Shown: in pieces, positions 41,426 to 53,285 of the stretch
Position numbering within the stretch: the stretch's first letter is position 1
Layout: each line of letters opens with the position of its first letter
NCBI GenBank assembly: GCA_047285305.1
Contig: JBJBDL010000003.1
Location: 320,001-384,000, forward strand
Length of the DNA: 64,000 bases
Direction: 5' to 3'
DNA from: Synechococcus sp.
GTDB taxonomy: Bacteria > Cyanobacteriota > Cyanobacteriia > PCC-6307 > Cyanobiaceae
Position numbers and translations under genes: made by a program
Notes under the pieces: model-generated
Databases searched by the model: none
The model's input: the letters and a program-made list of their open reading frames with translations, nothing else
What the model was told of the DNA's origin: nothing

Positions 41426-41497
41426 AGCGGATGAAGAGATTCGAACTCTCGACCCTCTCCTTGGCAAGGAGATGCTCTACCACTGAGCTACATCCGC
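41426..41497 (-). tRNA. tRNA-Gly(GCC), CCA not encoded
   Basis: Reverse complement GCGGATGTAGCTCAGTGGTAGAGCATCTCCTTGCCAAGGAGAGGGTCGAGAGTTCGAATCTCTTCATCCGCT folds as a cloverleaf. Confidence 0.97.
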
Positions 41498-41593
41498 GAA
41501 ACGAAGACCTGAAGTGATCCCGCTGACCTAATGATGATGCACTACAGAGGTGCCCCAGGTCAATTCGCAACACACGCTTATGCGAAGGGGGCA

Positions 41594-43633
41594 TCAATAG
41601 CCCCCCGCCATCTTCTGGCGCAGCTGCTTCACCCGATCACGCAGGTTCGCGGCTTCTTCAAAATCGAGCTTCTTGGCTGCCTCCTTCATCTTGGCCTCGA
41701 GCTGATCGATTAACTCCGGCAGCGCCTCCAGCGCCAGGCCGGCATCGGGATCGTTCTCCAAGGCCTTGGCGGCTTTGCCCACCACCTCCACCAGATCCGC
41801 GTCCGGGCCGTCTTGCTTCAACTTGCGGCTCAACTCCAGGAAGCTGAGGATCGAGTTGCTGGCCTTCTTGCCCGCCGCCGTTGGCACGACGCCGTGCTTC
41901 TCGTTGTAGGTCTGCTGAATCGCCCGGCGTCGTTCGGTCTCGGAAATGGCCTTGGCCATCGAGTCGGTCATGTTGTCGGCATAGAGCAGCGCCACCCCCT
42001 CCACGTGGCGTGCAGCCCGGCCGATGGTCTGGATAAGGGAGCGCTCAGCCCGCAGGAAGCCTTCTTTGTCAGCATCGAGGATCGCCACCAGGCTCACCTC
42101 CGGCAGGTCCAGGCCCTCCCGCAGCAGGTTCACCCCCACCAGCACGTCGTATTCCCCCAGGCGCAGATCCTGGATGATCTCGATCCGCTCAATCGAATGG
42201 ATCTCCGAGTGGAGGTAGCGCACCCGCACCTCGTTCTCCGCCAGGTAATCGGTGAGGTCTTCAGCCATCCGCTTGGTGAGCGTGGTGACCAACACCCGCT
42301 GGTTCTTGGCGGCCCGGTCACGGATTTCCCCCAGCAGATCGTCCACCTGGCCCGAGGTGGGCCGCACCTCCACCACCGGATCGAGCACCCCGGTGGGGCG
42401 GATCACCTGCTCAGCCACCTCTCCGCCGCTCACCTCCATCTCCCAATCCCCCGGAGTGGCGGAGACGAACACCGTCTGACGCGCCTTCTCCCAAAACTCG
42501 GCCCCCTTCAACGGTCTGTTGTCCGCTGCGCTGGGCAGGCGGAAGCCGTGCTCGATCAGCACCTTCTTGCGGGCCTGGTCGCCGTTGTACATCGCCTGGA
42601 GCTGCGAACAGGTGACGTGGCTCTCGTCCACGATCAACAGCCAGTCGTCCGGGAAATAATCAATTAGGCACTCCGGCGGCGTGCCCTCCTCGCGGCCGGC
42701 CAGATGGCGGGCGTAGTTCTCCACCCCGTTGCAGTAGCCCACCTGACCCAGCATCTCCAGGTCGTACCTGGTGCGCTGCTCCAGCCGCTGGGCCTCCAAC
42801 AATTTGCCTTCTCCGTTGAGCACATCCAGCCGCTCCCGCAGCTCCGAGCGGATGGCGCTGATGGCGGAATCCAGCCGGTCTTTCGGGGTGACGAAGTGCT
42901 TGGCCGGGTAGATGTTCACCGCATCCATGCTCTGCAGGATCTCGCCGGTGGTGGGATCGACGTAGCGGATCGCCTCCACCTCGTCGCCGAACAGCTCGAT
43001 CCGCACCAACCGATCTTCGTAGGCGGGGCCGATCTCCAGCACATCCCCCTTCATGCGGAAACGACCGCGAGCGATTTCAGTGTCGTTGCGGCTGTACTGG
43101 TTGTTCACCAGCTCCCGCAGCTGGCTGCGGATGTTGAGGGTCTCGCCCACCTCGAACTTCACCGCCGCCTTAAGGTATTCACTGGGAATGCCCAGGCCGT
43201 AGATGCAGCTGATCGAGGCCACCACGATCACGTCGCGCCGTTCAAACAGCGAGCGCGTCGCCGAGTGGCGCAGCATGTCGATCTCCTCGTTGATCGACGC
43301 CGTCTTGGCGATGTATGTGTCGCTGACCGGAACGTAAGCCTCCGGTTGGTAGTAGTCGTAGTAGGAGATGAAGTACTCAACGGCGTTCTCAGGAAAGAAC
43401 TCCCGCAGCTCGTTGCAGAGCTGGGCCGCCAGAGTTTTGTTGTGGGCTAGCACAAGCGCAGGCCGCCCGGTCTGGGCAATCACGTTGGCCATCGTGAACG
43501 TCTTCCCCGTGCCTGTCGCCCCCAGCAACGTCTGATAGCGCTCACCGCTGTTTACACCCTTCACCAGCTGCTTGATCGCCGTCGGCTGGTCTCCCTTGGG
43601 GGAATAAGGCGCCGTGAGGTCGTAGGCGGGCAT
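41594..43633 (-). CDS. uvrB: Excinuclease ABC subunit B
   Basis: [29 protein letters not shown]-terminal UVR domain. Confidence 0.99.
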   Translation of the reverse strand: MPAYDLTAPYSPKGDQPTAIKQLVKGVNSGERYQTLLGATGTGKTFTMANVIAQTGRPALVLAHNKTLAAQLCNELREFFPENAVEYFISYYDYYQPEAYVPVSDTYIAKTASINEEIDMLRHSATRSLFERRDVIVVASISCIYGLGIPSEYLKAAVKFEVGETLNIRSQLRELVNNQYSRNDTEIARGRFRMKGDVLEIGPAYEDRLVRIELFGDEVEAIRYVDPTTGEILQSMDAVNIYPAKHFVTPKDRLDSAISAIRSELRERLDVLNGEGKLLEAQRLEQRTRYDLEMLGQVGYCNGVENYARHLAGREEGTPPECLIDYFPDDWLLIVDESHVTCSQLQAMYNGDQARKKVLIEHGFRLPSAADNRPLKGAEFWEKARQTVFVSATPGDWEMEVSGGEVAEQVIRPTGVLDPVVEVRPTSGQVDDLLGEIRDRAAKNQRVLVTTLTKRMAEDLTDYLAENEVRVRYLHSEIHSIERIEIIQDLRLGEYDVLVGVNLLREGLDLPEVSLVAILDADKEGFLRAERSLIQTIGRAARHVEGVALLYADNMTDSMAKAISETERRRAIQQTYNEKHGVVPTAAGKKASNSILSFLELSRKLKQDGPDADLVEVVGKAAKALENDPDAGLALEALPELIDQLEAKMKEAAKKLDFEEAANLRDRVKQLRQKMAGGY

Positions 43634-43707
43634 GGGTGCTGCAGGGCCAAACGGCGGCCGTTAATTATCGCCGGGGAGCAAGATGAAGTGCTGCGGCTCC
43701 CCTACCC

Positions 43708-44163
43708 GTGACCCCGATCCGGCTGGTTCACCATGCCCCCGGTGCCCCAGGCCTGCGCTGGCTTGGCCTCGGGCCGGATCTGCGCCCCAGCCGAGCGTTG
43801 CTCAAGCTGCAACGGCTGTTCGATCGTCACGCCTTCTGGGCCCGCGGCCGCAGCTTTACTCAGCTGCGGCGCCTGCTTGCTGGTAGCGACGCCGTGGTGA
43901 GCCTCTGGCGCGGCAAGCGGCTGGTGGGCTTCGGCCGGGCCACCTCCGATGGCTTCAGCCGAGCCGTGCTCTGGGATATCGTCGTAGCCGGTGATCTGCA
44001 GGGCCATGGCCTAGGCCGCCGGGTGATCGAAGAACTACTCCACACTTCACCAGTGGTGGGGGTTGAAAGGGTGTACCTGATGACCACCAAAAGTGCAGGC
44101 TTCTATCGGCAACTGGGCTTCCAGGATGCGCACCCTCAGCAACTGATGGTGCTTCGCCGCTGA
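43708..44163 (+). CDS. GNAT-family acetyltransferase
   Basis: VGFGRA, WDIVV..LQGHGLG, FYRQLGF. Confidence 0.9.
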   Translation: MTPIRLVHHAPGAPGLRWLGLGPDLRPSRALLKLQRLFDRHAFWARGRSFTQLRRLLAGSDAVVSLWRGKRLVGFGRATSDGFSRAVLWDIVVAGDLQGHGLGRRVIEELLHTSPVVGVERVYLMTTKSAGFYRQLGFQDAHPQQLMVLRR

Positions 44164-44460
44164 GCAAAACAAATTTACGCTCTTATCAACTAAAATTTAT
44201 GCATAAAATCGATTAAATTTCTTGGCTATCCAAAGGCCGACAAAACGACATAAATAAAGATAAATTCTGGCAAAATCCCATCTATATCAGCATATACCTG
44301 TTTTAAATTTTATTTAAGACACAAATCGAATTTCAGTCGACACCTCTACTTTGTACATGTTCGCTTTTGGCTATAGATCAGGCTCGAGCCTGGCTAGGCA
44401 ACATTCGCTATAGGTTGGTCTTGAGACTGTGAAGCTTTTCTGCCAAGCGTGACGGCTGAC

Positions 44461-46080
44461 ATGACACGAATCCTGATCCGCTGCGATGCGTCTCTGTCAA
44501 TCGGAAGCGGCCACGTCATGCGTTGCCGAAACTTGGCTCGGCTTTTGCAGCAGCGCGGAGCTGAGGTCAACTTCATCTGCCGGGTGCAACCTGGCGATTT
44601 AATCCACCTTTTAGAGAAAGAATTCTCAGTGTTAAAGCTGCCCGAGCAGTCGCTACTTGCTTACAAAGGACTGCAAGAACGGCAGCTGTACGAGGCCTGG
44701 CTTGGCTGCAGCCAAGAGCAGGACGTAGGCGACTGCCTCAATGCGCTGGCTCAGGCCAATATCTCAACAGCCAGCTGGTTGGTCGTGGACCATTACGGCC
44801 TCGATGCCAAATGGGAAGTTCAGCTTCTCACAGCTCTAACGGACGGAAGTTCAATCCCCCAGTTACTAGCAATCGACGATCTAGCCGACCGACCACATCA
44901 AGCCAATCTGCTTCTTGATTCCAACTTCTTTGGAGATGCCACAGAAAATCGTTACCACGGGCTGGTAACTGAAAATTGCCGCCAACTTTTGGGCCCCCAT
45001 TACGCCCTGTTGGCTCACGAATACCCCCATTTGCATCCTTTGGTTCCGAAACGTACGCAGTTGAAGCGTGTACTTGTGTTCTTCGGGGGCGTAGATGAAA
45101 ATAATTTGACCAGCCAGGCACTGAAGGCGTTGATGGATCCAGCTCTGGCTGATCTCGCTGTGGATGTCGTCATTGGTCGCCAGTCACCCCACTGGAAGGC
45201 AGTCAAAAAACTGGTAGACAAGCTCCCTAACGCCACTCTGCACGGCCCTTTACCGAGTCTCGCTGGCCTGATGGTTCGGGCCGATTTAGCGATCGGCGCC
45301 GGCGGTGCCACCACCTGGGAAAGAGCATGCCTGGGTTTACCAAGCCTTGTGATAGCAATTGCGATGAATCAACTGAAATCAACCCAAGCCCTACATCACC
45401 ACGGACATTTGCAATTGCTTGGCAGTGAAGCCTTGGTGAGCGTTGAAGAGATCACATCAGCACTGCTGGCCAGACTGCACGATCCTGATACAAAGGTGGC
45501 AGGCAGTGGTCTCACCGATGGCTGGGGAGTCAGTCGCCAAGCCATAGCGATGCTTGGCCCTCAGGAGGGCGGACTGAGACTTCGACCAGCGATAGCAACT
45601 GATGAAGCCTTGCTCTTGCGCTGGGCCAATGATCCTCAGGTACGGAGCAATAGCCTCACAAGCGAGCAAATCACGCCGGAGGATCACCACAGATGGTTTA
45701 AAAGGGGACTGAACAATCCCCAACGGCTGCATTTGATCGCCACAACAGCTGATGGATGCCCAGTGGGTCAAATCCGCTTCGATCAGCAATTCACCTCGCG
45801 AAAGGGGGCTTCCATTGAAGCGGTCGTTGCACTTTCACTGGATCGCTGCGCCAGGGGCCATGGCCTTGCTGGTGAGTTGGTCAGAAAAGGAGTTAAAGCC
45901 CTTCATCAACATTGGGGGCCAGACGTCAATGTTGTGGCCGAGGTGCTGACGACAAACACAGCCAGCAACGCTTGCTTTGCCCGAGCAGGCTTTAAGCAAG
46001 AACCAAACGTGGACTCTTCACCCAACTCATCAGATCGAGCGATGAATCGCTGGCATTTGCTATCCAATCAATCCTGCTGA
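44461..46080 (+). CDS. pseG: PseG (UDP-diacetamido-trideoxy-altropyranose hydrolase) fused to a PseH-like GNAT domain
   Basis: RCDAS..IGSGHVMRC, VVDHY, IDD, FFGGVD, AGGATTWERACLG; C-terminal LRWAND..VR, GQIRFD, NTAS..F..AGF. Confidence 0.85.
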   Translation: MTRILIRCDASLSIGSGHVMRCRNLARLLQQRGAEVNFICRVQPGDLIHLLEKEFSVLKLPEQSLLAYKGLQERQLYEAWLGCSQEQDVGDCLNALAQANISTASWLVVDHYGLDAKWEVQLLTALTDGSSIPQLLAIDDLADRPHQANLLLDSNFFGDATENRYHGLVTENCRQLLGPHYALLAHEYPHLHPLVPKRTQLKRVLVFFGGVDENNLTSQALKALMDPALADLAVDVVIGRQSPHWKAVKKLVDKLPNATLHGPLPSLAGLMVRADLAIGAGGATTWERACLGLPSLVIAIAMNQLKSTQALHHHGHLQLLGSEALVSVEEITSALLARLHDPDTKVAGSGLTDGWGVSRQAIAMLGPQEGGLRLRPAIATDEALLLRWANDPQVRSNSLTSEQITPEDHHRWFKRGLNNPQRLHLIATTADGCPVGQIRFDQQFTSRKGASIEAVVALSLDRCARGHGLAGELVRKGVKALHQHWGPDVNVVAEVLTTNTASNACFARAGFKQEPNVDSSPNSSDRAMNRWHLLSNQSC

Positions 46081-46154
46081 AGGCACTTGCCTCCATGAAA
46101 AGGTGACAATTGTTCCAGGATCACCATCCAAACGCGTAGGCAGGACACCACCTC

Positions 46155-47204
46155 ATGACGATCGAGATCGCTGGCCGAACCATCGGTACAGACCATCCCC
46201 CGTTTGTGATTGCCGAGATGAGCGGCAACCACAACCAAGACTTAGGCAGGGCTTTGGAAATCGTCGAGGCTGCCGCTAAAGCAGGCGCCCATGCAATCAA
46301 ATTGCAGACGTATACTGCCGACACAATGACGCTCGATAAGCGTGGCGAAAGTTTCGAAATCAATGATAGTAAGTCACTCTGGAATGGAAAAAATCTCCAT
46401 GATCTTTATAAACTTGCCTATACACCCTGGGAATGGCACGCACCAATCATGGAGCGCGCCCAGGAATTGGGATTGATCTGTTTTAGTTCACCCTTCGATG
46501 AAACAGCCGTCGATTTTCTAGAGGGTCTTAATACCCCTGCATACAAAATTGCCAGTTTCGAAAACAACCACCTGCCTTTAATCGCCAAGGCCGCAGCCAC
46601 AGGAAAACCCCTGATCATTTCCACCGGAATGGCCAGCCTTGGTGAGCTCGAACTGGCAGTTGAAACTGCTCGTGATGCAGGCTGTGATCAACTCATTTTG
46701 CTGAAATGCACAAGCACTTACCCGGCAATTCCTGAAAATACCAACATTCGCACGATCCCCCATCTTCGCGACTTATTCCACACCGAAGTCGGTCTCAGCG
46801 ATCACACCATGGGTCTGGGAGTTGCAGTTGCCTCAATAGCTTTAGGTGCCTCAGTGATTGAAAAACATTTCACCTTGGCGCGGAAAGACGGCGGCGTCGA
46901 CAGTGCTTTTTCTTTGGAGCCTCAGGAGATGGCGAATTTGATAGTGGAATCTGAGCGTGCCTGGCAAGCCCTTGGGATTGTGCGCTACGGCCCAACCGAA
47001 GCCGAGCGCAAGAGCCTCGTTCTCCGCCGATCCATTTATGTCTCTGAGGACATCAATGAAGGAGATCTGTTCACTGAGGAGAACATTCGCATTATTCGGC
47101 CTGGTGACGGTGCACCTCCACATCTCTTCGAACAACTGCTGGGACGTAAAGCCAGGCGGGCCTATGGCTCAGGAACACCACTGAGCTTGGATCAGCTCCT
47201 GTGA
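46155..47204 (+). CDS. pseI: Pseudaminic acid synthase
   Basis: IAEMSGNHNQ, KLQTYTADTMT, TPWEWH, KIASFE, LKCTSTYP, SDHT, EKHFT, C-terminal SAF domain. Confidence 0.93.
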   Translation: MTIEIAGRTIGTDHPPFVIAEMSGNHNQDLGRALEIVEAAAKAGAHAIKLQTYTADTMTLDKRGESFEINDSKSLWNGKNLHDLYKLAYTPWEWHAPIMERAQELGLICFSSPFDETAVDFLEGLNTPAYKIASFENNHLPLIAKAAATGKPLIISTGMASLGELELAVETARDAGCDQLILLKCTSTYPAIPENTNIRTIPHLRDLFHTEVGLSDHTMGLGVAVASIALGASVIEKHFTLARKDGGVDSAFSLEPQEMANLIVESERAWQALGIVRYGPTEAERKSLVLRRSIYVSEDINEGDLFTEENIRIIRPGDGAPPHLFEQLLGRKARRAYGSGTPLSLDQLL

Positions 47205-47324
47205 AAACAGAAAAATTTCTGCCAAAACAAGATCAATCCACTGTTGTTTTTTTGCTGCATGCCACACAACAGTGGACTCAATCAAGCATCGTATCGGTAC
47301 GATCCGGATCCTTCAGATCAGCCG

Positions 47325-50030
47325 ATGCCCCGGTCCGCGTCACAGTTCCCTGACGACGCCCTGCAGGGCAATTTATTTGGAGGACCTGAGTCGGCTGCAA
47401 CGACTGCGCCCACCAGCGAACCTGAGGCACCCAGCCGCGATCTCAGCGACGACGAACTGGAGTCTGATGCCTCAGCCCGCCCCCGAACACGCCAGGCCAA
47501 GTCAGGCAAAACCAGCAGAGAATCCATATCTACAAGTGATTCATCACCCAGCAGCGACGAACCTGCCTGGGCCCACCACAGCCAGCTGAATCCGCTTCAG
47601 CTGACGCCGATGCTGCGTCACTACGTAGAGCTCAAAGCGACCCATCCCGAGCGGGTGCTGCTTTACCGCCTGGGCGACTTCTTCGAGTGCTTCTTTGAAG
47701 ACGCGATCGAACTCTCCCGGGTCCTGGAGCTCACCCTCACCGGCAAGGAGGGCGGCAAGGCGATCGGGCGGGTGCCGATGGCGGGCATCCCCCACCACGC
47801 CGCCGAGCGCTACTGCGCCGAACTGATCAATCAGGGCTACAGCGTGGCCCTCTGCGATCAACTCGAAACCACCCCCACAAAGGGTGCCCTGCTCAAGCGG
47901 GACATCACCCGGGTGCTGACCCCCGGCACCGTGCTGGAGGAGGGCATGCTCAGCGCCCGCCGCAATAACTGGCTGACGGCGGTGGTGGTGGAGCCGGCCG
48001 AGGGGAAACAACCGCTGCGCTGGGGCCTGGCCAGTGCCGATGTGAGCACTGGCGAGGTGCAGGTGATGCAGCGGGAAGACAGCAGCTCCCTACATCAGCA
48101 GCTGGCCCAGCAGGAGGCCTCCGAACTGCTCTGGGCCGCCGCCCTCGATGCTGAGCGGCCAGCCTGGTGCCCGGAACGGTTGCGGCTGACGCCGATGGCC
48201 AGCACCCCCTTCAGCCCAGCGGAGGCGGAGCGCACCCTCCAACAGCACTATGGCCTCAGCAGCCTCGATGGCCTCGGCCTGCCGGAACATCCCCTGGCCC
48301 TGCAGGCCCTCGGCGGACTGCTGCGCTACCTGCAGGACACCCAGCCCCTAGAAGAGGACAGCCGCATTCCCCTGGAGGTACCGGCGATCGTGCACCGCGG
48401 CGATGCCCTGGTGCTGGATGCCCAGACCCGCCGCAACCTCGAGCTCACCGCCACCCAGCGCGACAACCAGTTGCAGGGGTCGTTGCTCTGGGCGATCGAT
48501 CGCACCCTCACCGCCATGGGCGGCCGTTGCCTGCGCCGCTGGCTGGAAGCACCATTGATGGAGCGCCAGGCCATTCAGCAGCGCCAGGATCTGGTGAGCA
48601 GCCTGGTGGGTGAACGCAGCCTGCGGCTGGCGATCCGCCACCTGCTACGGCCGATGGGGGACCTAGAACGGCTAGCCGGCCGGGCAGGGGCGGGCCATGC
48701 CGGTGCCCGCGATCTAGTGGCCATCGCCGATGGCCTTGAACGGTTGCCCCAGCTCACCGCTCGGCTGGAATCTGCGATCAGCGCAGGGCCGGAGTGGTTT
48801 CAGCAACTGCTCAACCCCGATCCAGCCCTTGCGGAGCTGGCTCGGACGATTCGCCACAATCTGGTGGAGGCCCCACCACTCTCCCTCTCTGAGGGCGACC
48901 TGATCCATGACGGCGTCGACCCGCTGCTGGATGGGCTGCGCAACCAACTGGACGATGAGGATGGCTGGCTCAGCCACCAGGAGCAGCAGGAGCGCCAACG
49001 CAGTGGCATCAGCACCCTGAAGCTGCAGCACCACCGCACCTTCGGCTATTTCCTGGCGGTGAGCAAAGCCAAGGCCACCGCCGTACCAGACCACTGGATC
49101 CGGCGCCAGACCCTGGCCAACGAGGAACGCTTCATCACCCCGGATCTCAAGGAGCGTGAAGGCCGCATCTTCCAGCTGCGGGCACGGGCTTGCCAGCGGG
49201 AATACGAGCTGTTCTGCCAGCTGCGCGAGCAAGTGGGAGCCATGGCCGCCCCAATCCGCCAGGCAGCCCGCGCTGTTGCTGCCCTCGATGCCCTCACCGG
49301 CTTGGCCGATGTGGCCGCCAGCGGTGGCTACTGCGCACCAACCATCACCGACGGCCGGGGGCTGCAGCTGGAGGCCAGCCGCCATCCGGTGGTGGAGCAA
49401 CGGCTAGTGGAAACCGCTTTCACCCCCAATGATGTGCAACTCGGTGAGGGCACAGATCTTGTTGTGCTCACGGGCCCCAACGCCAGTGGCAAGAGCTGCT
49501 ATTTGCGCCAGATCGGCCTGCTCCAGTTAATGGCTCAGATCGGCAGCTGGGTTCCGGCCCGCTCCGCCACGATCGGCATTGCCGATCGGATCTTCACCCG
49601 GGTGGGTGCTGTGGATGATCTGGCCGCCGGACAGTCCACCTTCATGGTGGAGATGGCAGAAACCGCCAACATCCTTCACCACGCCAGCGATCGTTCCCTG
49701 GTGCTGCTGGATGAGATCGGGCGGGGCACCGCCACCTTTGATGGCCTCTCGATCGCCTGGGCCGTGAGCGAGCACCTGGCCGGCGACCTGGGCAGCCGCA
49801 CGGTGTTTGCCACTCACTATCACGAGCTCAACAACCTGGCCTCTGAACGCGAGAACGTGGCCAACTTCCAGGTGCTGGTGGAGGAAACCGGTGAGGATCT
49901 GGTCTTCCTCCATCAGGTGCAGGCCGGCGGCGCCAGCCGCAGCTACGGCATCGAAGCGGCACGCCTGGCCGGCATTCCCAAACCTGTGGTGCAACGAGCC
50001 CGTCAGGTACTCAATCAGTTGGCGGCCTAA
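47325..50030 (+). CDS. mutS: DNA mismatch repair protein MutS
   Basis: [40 protein letters not shown]. Confidence 0.98.
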   Translation: MPRSASQFPDDALQGNLFGGPESAATTAPTSEPEAPSRDLSDDELESDASARPRTRQAKSGKTSRESISTSDSSPSSDEPAWAHHSQLNPLQLTPMLRHYVELKATHPERVLLYRLGDFFECFFEDAIELSRVLELTLTGKEGGKAIGRVPMAGIPHHAAERYCAELINQGYSVALCDQLETTPTKGALLKRDITRVLTPGTVLEEGMLSARRNNWLTAVVVEPAEGKQPLRWGLASADVSTGEVQVMQREDSSSLHQQLAQQEASELLWAAALDAERPAWCPERLRLTPMASTPFSPAEAERTLQQHYGLSSLDGLGLPEHPLALQALGGLLRYLQDTQPLEEDSRIPLEVPAIVHRGDALVLDAQTRRNLELTATQRDNQLQGSLLWAIDRTLTAMGGRCLRRWLEAPLMERQAIQQRQDLVSSLVGERSLRLAIRHLLRPMGDLERLAGRAGAGHAGARDLVAIADGLERLPQLTARLESAISAGPEWFQQLLNPDPALAELARTIRHNLVEAPPLSLSEGDLIHDGVDPLLDGLRNQLDDEDGWLSHQEQQERQRSGISTLKLQHHRTFGYFLAVSKAKATAVPDHWIRRQTLANEERFITPDLKEREGRIFQLRARACQREYELFCQLREQVGAMAAPIRQAARAVAALDALTGLADVAASGGYCAPTITDGRGLQLEASRHPVVEQRLVETAFTPNDVQLGEGTDLVVLTGPNASGKSCYLRQIGLLQLMAQIGSWVPARSATIGIADRIFTRVGAVDDLAAGQSTFMVEMAETANILHHASDRSLVLLDEIGRGTATFDGLSIAWAVSEHLAGDLGSRTVFATHYHELNNLASERENVANFQVLVEETGEDLVFLHQVQAGGASRSYGIEAARLAGIPKPVVQRARQVLNQLAA

Positions 50031-50034
50031 AGCC

Positions 50035-50517
50035 TCAAGGCGACGGCAAGGCCCGCATCAGGCTGCCCATCTCCAGGGCTTCCAGGCCATAGCTCCAGCC
50101 GAGGTTGCTCTTGATGCCCGCCCGTTCCAGCGCCTGCTGCATCGTGTCGGTGGTCAACACGCCGAAGATCACAGGCACGGACGTGTCGCGCGCCACCGCA
50201 GCAACCCCCTTGCTTGCCTCTGCCACCACCACATCGAAATGGGGCGTGTCGCCGCGGATCACCGCCCCCAGGGTGATCAGCACCTGGTACTGACCAGAGC
50301 GGGCCATCTGCTGGGCCACGATCGGCAGTTCGAACGAACCCGGCACCCAGGCCACGTCCAGCTGAGAGCTGGTCTCCGACACATCCACGCCATGGCGCTT
50401 GAGGCAATCGAGACAGCCGCTCAGCAGCTTGGCGGTGACCAGATCATTGAAACGGGCCACGACGATGCCGACGCGCAGCCCGGCTGCGTCAGAAAAACGT
50501 CCTTCAAACGTGGCCAT
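50035..50517 (-). CDS. ribH: 6,7-dimethyl-8-ribityllumazine synthase
   Basis: [24 protein letters not shown]. Confidence 0.98.
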   Translation of the reverse strand: MATFEGRFSDAAGLRVGIVVARFNDLVTAKLLSGCLDCLKRHGVDVSETSSQLDVAWVPGSFELPIVAQQMARSGQYQVLITLGAVIRGDTPHFDVVVAEASKGVAAVARDTSVPVIFGVLTTDTMQQALERAGIKSNLGWSYGLEALEMGSLMRALPSP

Positions 50518-50580
50518 TGGAAAGGTGCCGACTGAATCTCAGCCATCGTGGCACCCGCCAGGTTCTGCCTGAGGCTGAGC

Positions 50581-50769
50581 TCAGACGACGAAGAAGCTCA
50601 CACCCCAGTTCAGCAGCACCAGCGCCACCCACACAGCACTGCCCAGAAGGATCAAACGGTTGGAGCGGCCGCTGTCTTCGCTGGAGGCATACAGCACCGG
50701 TACCGCAACGATCAAAGCGAAGGACGCCACCACCAGGGCCAGAACGGTCAGCGTGTTGATGAACTGCAT
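50581..50769 (-). CDS. psbZ: Photosystem II protein Z
   Basis: 62 aa with two TMs, VAVPVLYAS. Confidence 0.92.
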   Translation of the reverse strand: MQFINTLTVLALVVASFALIVAVPVLYASSEDSGRSNRLILLGSAVWVALVLLNWGVSFFVV

Positions 50770-50882
50770 GGAGCTGGAAGTCAGAGGTCGATTTTCACAC
50801 GAGAGCTGTTGCTTCCGCGAGCGAGCGGAGCACTCTTCACACCATGAAGGGGAAGAGCCGACCGCTCAGCGGAGATTCAGGT

Positions 50883-51641
50883 TCAGACGCGGGTCGGGAC
50901 AGCGCTGCCGAGGGCATCACGCAGACCACGAACAACGGCCACCATCGCCAGCTCATCCTGCAGGCGGTTCACTGCTGAACCGACGCCCACGCCGGCCGCA
51001 CCGGCAGCGATAGCCATCGGCAGCGTTACCGCAGACAGACCAGAAGCACAGAGAACGGGCACATCGACGGCGCGGCTGATGCTATAAGCCGCCGCCAGGG
51101 TGGGGGCAGCCTTCTCGATCAGGCCCAGGTGGCCCGCACTAAAAGGCTTGGCACTGGTGCCGCCCTCGGTCTGGATCAGATCGGCACCGGCGGTCACCAG
51201 ATCGATGGCCAGCTGCTCCTGCTCATCGATCGGCAGCACGTGGGGCACGGTGACGCTCAACACCACGTTGGGCAGTAGTTGGCGGGTACGGCGGGTGAGC
51301 TCCAGCACTTCAGCCGCATCAAAGATCCGGCCCTGGGGATAAAAGGCGTCGTAGTTGCCGATCTCCACCATCAGCGCACCGGCTTCCACCGCCGCGGGGA
51401 ACTGCTCAGGCTCCACAGAAGACACACACACGGGCACGCCAACGGAGGCCTCGACTGCCAGACGCACCAGGGCGGGGTCGCAGGCCACGTCGATCAGATC
51501 CGCACCGCCACGCCCGGCTGCACGGGCCACCCGCTCCACACTGGCGGCATCGAAATTCATCAGGCCGGCGATCACCTTGAGCGCAGAGCGCTGCTCAAGG
51601 CTGCGCTGCAGAGAAACGGGCAGCTGCTGAAGACGGGTCAT
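50883..51641 (-). CDS. ycf23: DUF561 / Ycf23 family protein
   Basis: LKVIAGLMNFD, EIGNYDAFY, QTEGG, IEKAAPTL. Confidence 0.88.
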   Translation of the reverse strand: MTRLQQLPVSLQRSLEQRSALKVIAGLMNFDAASVERVARAAGRGGADLIDVACDPALVRLAVEASVGVPVCVSSVEPEQFPAAVEAGALMVEIGNYDAFYPQGRIFDAAEVLELTRRTRQLLPNVVLSVTVPHVLPIDEQEQLAIDLVTAGADLIQTEGGTSAKPFSAGHLGLIEKAAPTLAAAYSISRAVDVPVLCASGLSAVTLPMAIAAGAAGVGVGSAVNRLQDELAMVAVVRGLRDALGSAVPTRV

Positions 51642-51676
51642 GGGGGACTGGACAGCGATGCCCTGATTCTCACACC

Positions 51677-52681
51677 GTGGGGGAAACGCACCCCTGCTTC
51701 TTGGGTTGGACGTCCTGGCATGACCGCCTGCACCGGCGCCTGCTGATGCAACCGCAGCTGCTGCCCCAGGGCAGCGCTCTTCTGCTGGCGGTTTCCGGCG
51801 GACAGGACTCCATGGCCCTGCTGGCGTTGCTGCAGGATCTGGCGCCCTTGCATGGCTGGAGCCTGAGCCTGTGGCACGGCGACCACGGCTGGCACGACGG
51901 CTCCAGCCGAATCGCCTCGGAACTGAGCAACTGGTGCCAGCAGCGGCAGCTCCCCCTGCAGGTGGACCAGGCAGCACCGGGAGAGGTGCCCAGCGAAGCC
52001 AAGGCCCGGCAGTGGCGTTACGAACGGCTGGAACAACGGGGCCGCCAAGCGAGCGCAGATGTGGTGACGGGCCACACCGCCAGCGACCGAGCCGAAACGA
52101 TGCTGTTGCAGCTGGCCCGCGGCAGCGACCTAGCGGGCCTGGCGGCCCTGCCAAGCGTCCGCCCCCTGAGCCCGGAAGGGCCCCTCCTGCGCCGGCCGCT
52201 GCTGCACCTGCAGCGCAAAGACACCCTCGAGATCTGCAGGGACCTGGCCCTGCCGATCTGGGAGGACCCCAGCAACCAATCCTCCGCGTTCGCCCGCAAC
52301 CGGATCCGCCAGGAGGTGCTGCCGGTGCTGGAGGCGTTGCATCCCGGCAGCACGCAGCGGATGAGCAATCTGGCCGAACGGGTGTCCCAGGTGCGGGACA
52401 GTCAGACTGAACTCAGCCATATGGCGCTGCAGCTTCTGCAAACCGCAGCGGGCCTGGACCGCCGCGGCCTGGGGGCGTTGAACCCAGCCAGCCGCCGCCT
52501 GCTGCTGGCGCAGTGGCTGCAGCAGCAGGGGGTGCCAGCCCTGCCGGCCAGCCAGCTGGACGAACTCAGCAAGCGGCTGGACAACGGTGCCCCCGGCGGT
52601 GCGGCCGATCTTGCCGGAGGCTGGCAACTCAGCTGGAAAGGGGGGGAGCTGGTGCTGCAGCAGCGCGCAGCAGAGCATTGA
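51677..52681 (+). CDS. tilS: tRNA(Ile)-lysidine synthetase
   Basis: AVSGGQDS, TGHTASDRAET, RPLL, EDPSN, RNRIR. Confidence 0.95.
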   Translation: MGETHPCFLGWTSWHDRLHRRLLMQPQLLPQGSALLLAVSGGQDSMALLALLQDLAPLHGWSLSLWHGDHGWHDGSSRIASELSNWCQQRQLPLQVDQAAPGEVPSEAKARQWRYERLEQRGRQASADVVTGHTASDRAETMLLQLARGSDLAGLAALPSVRPLSPEGPLLRRPLLHLQRKDTLEICRDLALPIWEDPSNQSSAFARNRIRQEVLPVLEALHPGSTQRMSNLAERVSQVRDSQTELSHMALQLLQTAAGLDRRGLGALNPASRRLLLAQWLQQQGVPALPASQLDELSKRLDNGAPGGAADLAGGWQLSWKGGELVLQQRAAEH

Positions 52682-53267
52682 CCGCCGCGGCCACCAGACC
52701 CGCTCCACCCCTGCTGCTCTCCAAACGGATCTGGGGCAGGCCACTGGCCGCCAGATGATTCTTGCTTTCCGCCACCCCCACAAAACCCACAGGCATGCCG
52801 ATCACCAGGCTGGGGGCTGGAGCGCCGGCGGCCACCTGCTGCAACAGCACCTCAAGGGCAGTCGGCGCACTGCCGATCAGCACCACCGGCGCCGGTGACG
52901 CCAGCGCGAGCGCGCGCCAGGCCTGATCCATGCCCGCCGCCGTGCGCGTTGAACCCGCCAGCGCTACCTCAGGTGCCCACTCCAGCACCGTGTGCACGGC
53001 AGTGCCGAGGGTGCGTTGGGCCATCGGGGCCACCGCCGCCGCCGCCATCGCGGTGTCCGTCAAGATCGGCGCCCCCTGCTTCAGCGCTGCCAAACCCTGC
53101 TCGCAGGCCCCCTCACTGAACCGCAGCAGTGTTCCCAAGCTGATATCGCCGCTGCTATGCACAAGCCGTTCCAGCACCTGCTGTTGCAGCGGCGGCAAGC
53201 CAGTGTCCCCTAGTGCCGCCCGGATCCGCCGGATGCTTTCGGTGAAGATCGGGTGGTCTTGGGCCAT
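52629..53267 (-). CDS. cobH: Precorrin-8X methylmutase
   Basis: RLVHSSGD, TRTAAG, IGSAPTAL, GMPVGFVG..ESK. Confidence 0.92.
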   Translation of the reverse strand: MAQDHPIFTESIRRIRAALGDTGLPPLQQQVLERLVHSSGDISLGTLLRFSEGACEQGLAALKQGAPILTDTAMAAAAVAPMAQRTLGTAVHTVLEWAPEVALAGSTRTAAGMDQAWRALALASPAPVVLIGSAPTALEVLLQQVAAGAPAPSLVIGMPVGFVGVAESKNHLAASGLPQIRLESSRGGAGLVAAAVNALLRAAAAPAPPLSS

Positions 53268-53285
53268 CCACGCCATCATCGACCC

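Noticed and set aside
41426..41497. tRNA-Gly as an integrase attachment site for the adjacent island
   Set aside because: No integrase and no direct repeat of the tRNA 3' end was found at the secA side (26616-26697)
41397..41597. 66-aa ORF
   Set aside because: It overlaps tRNA-Gly and is spurious
41594..51641. Possible rearrangement of the uvrB/mutS/ribH/psbZ/ycf23 order
   Set aside because: Cannot be established without comparative genomes; no breakpoint repeats were seen
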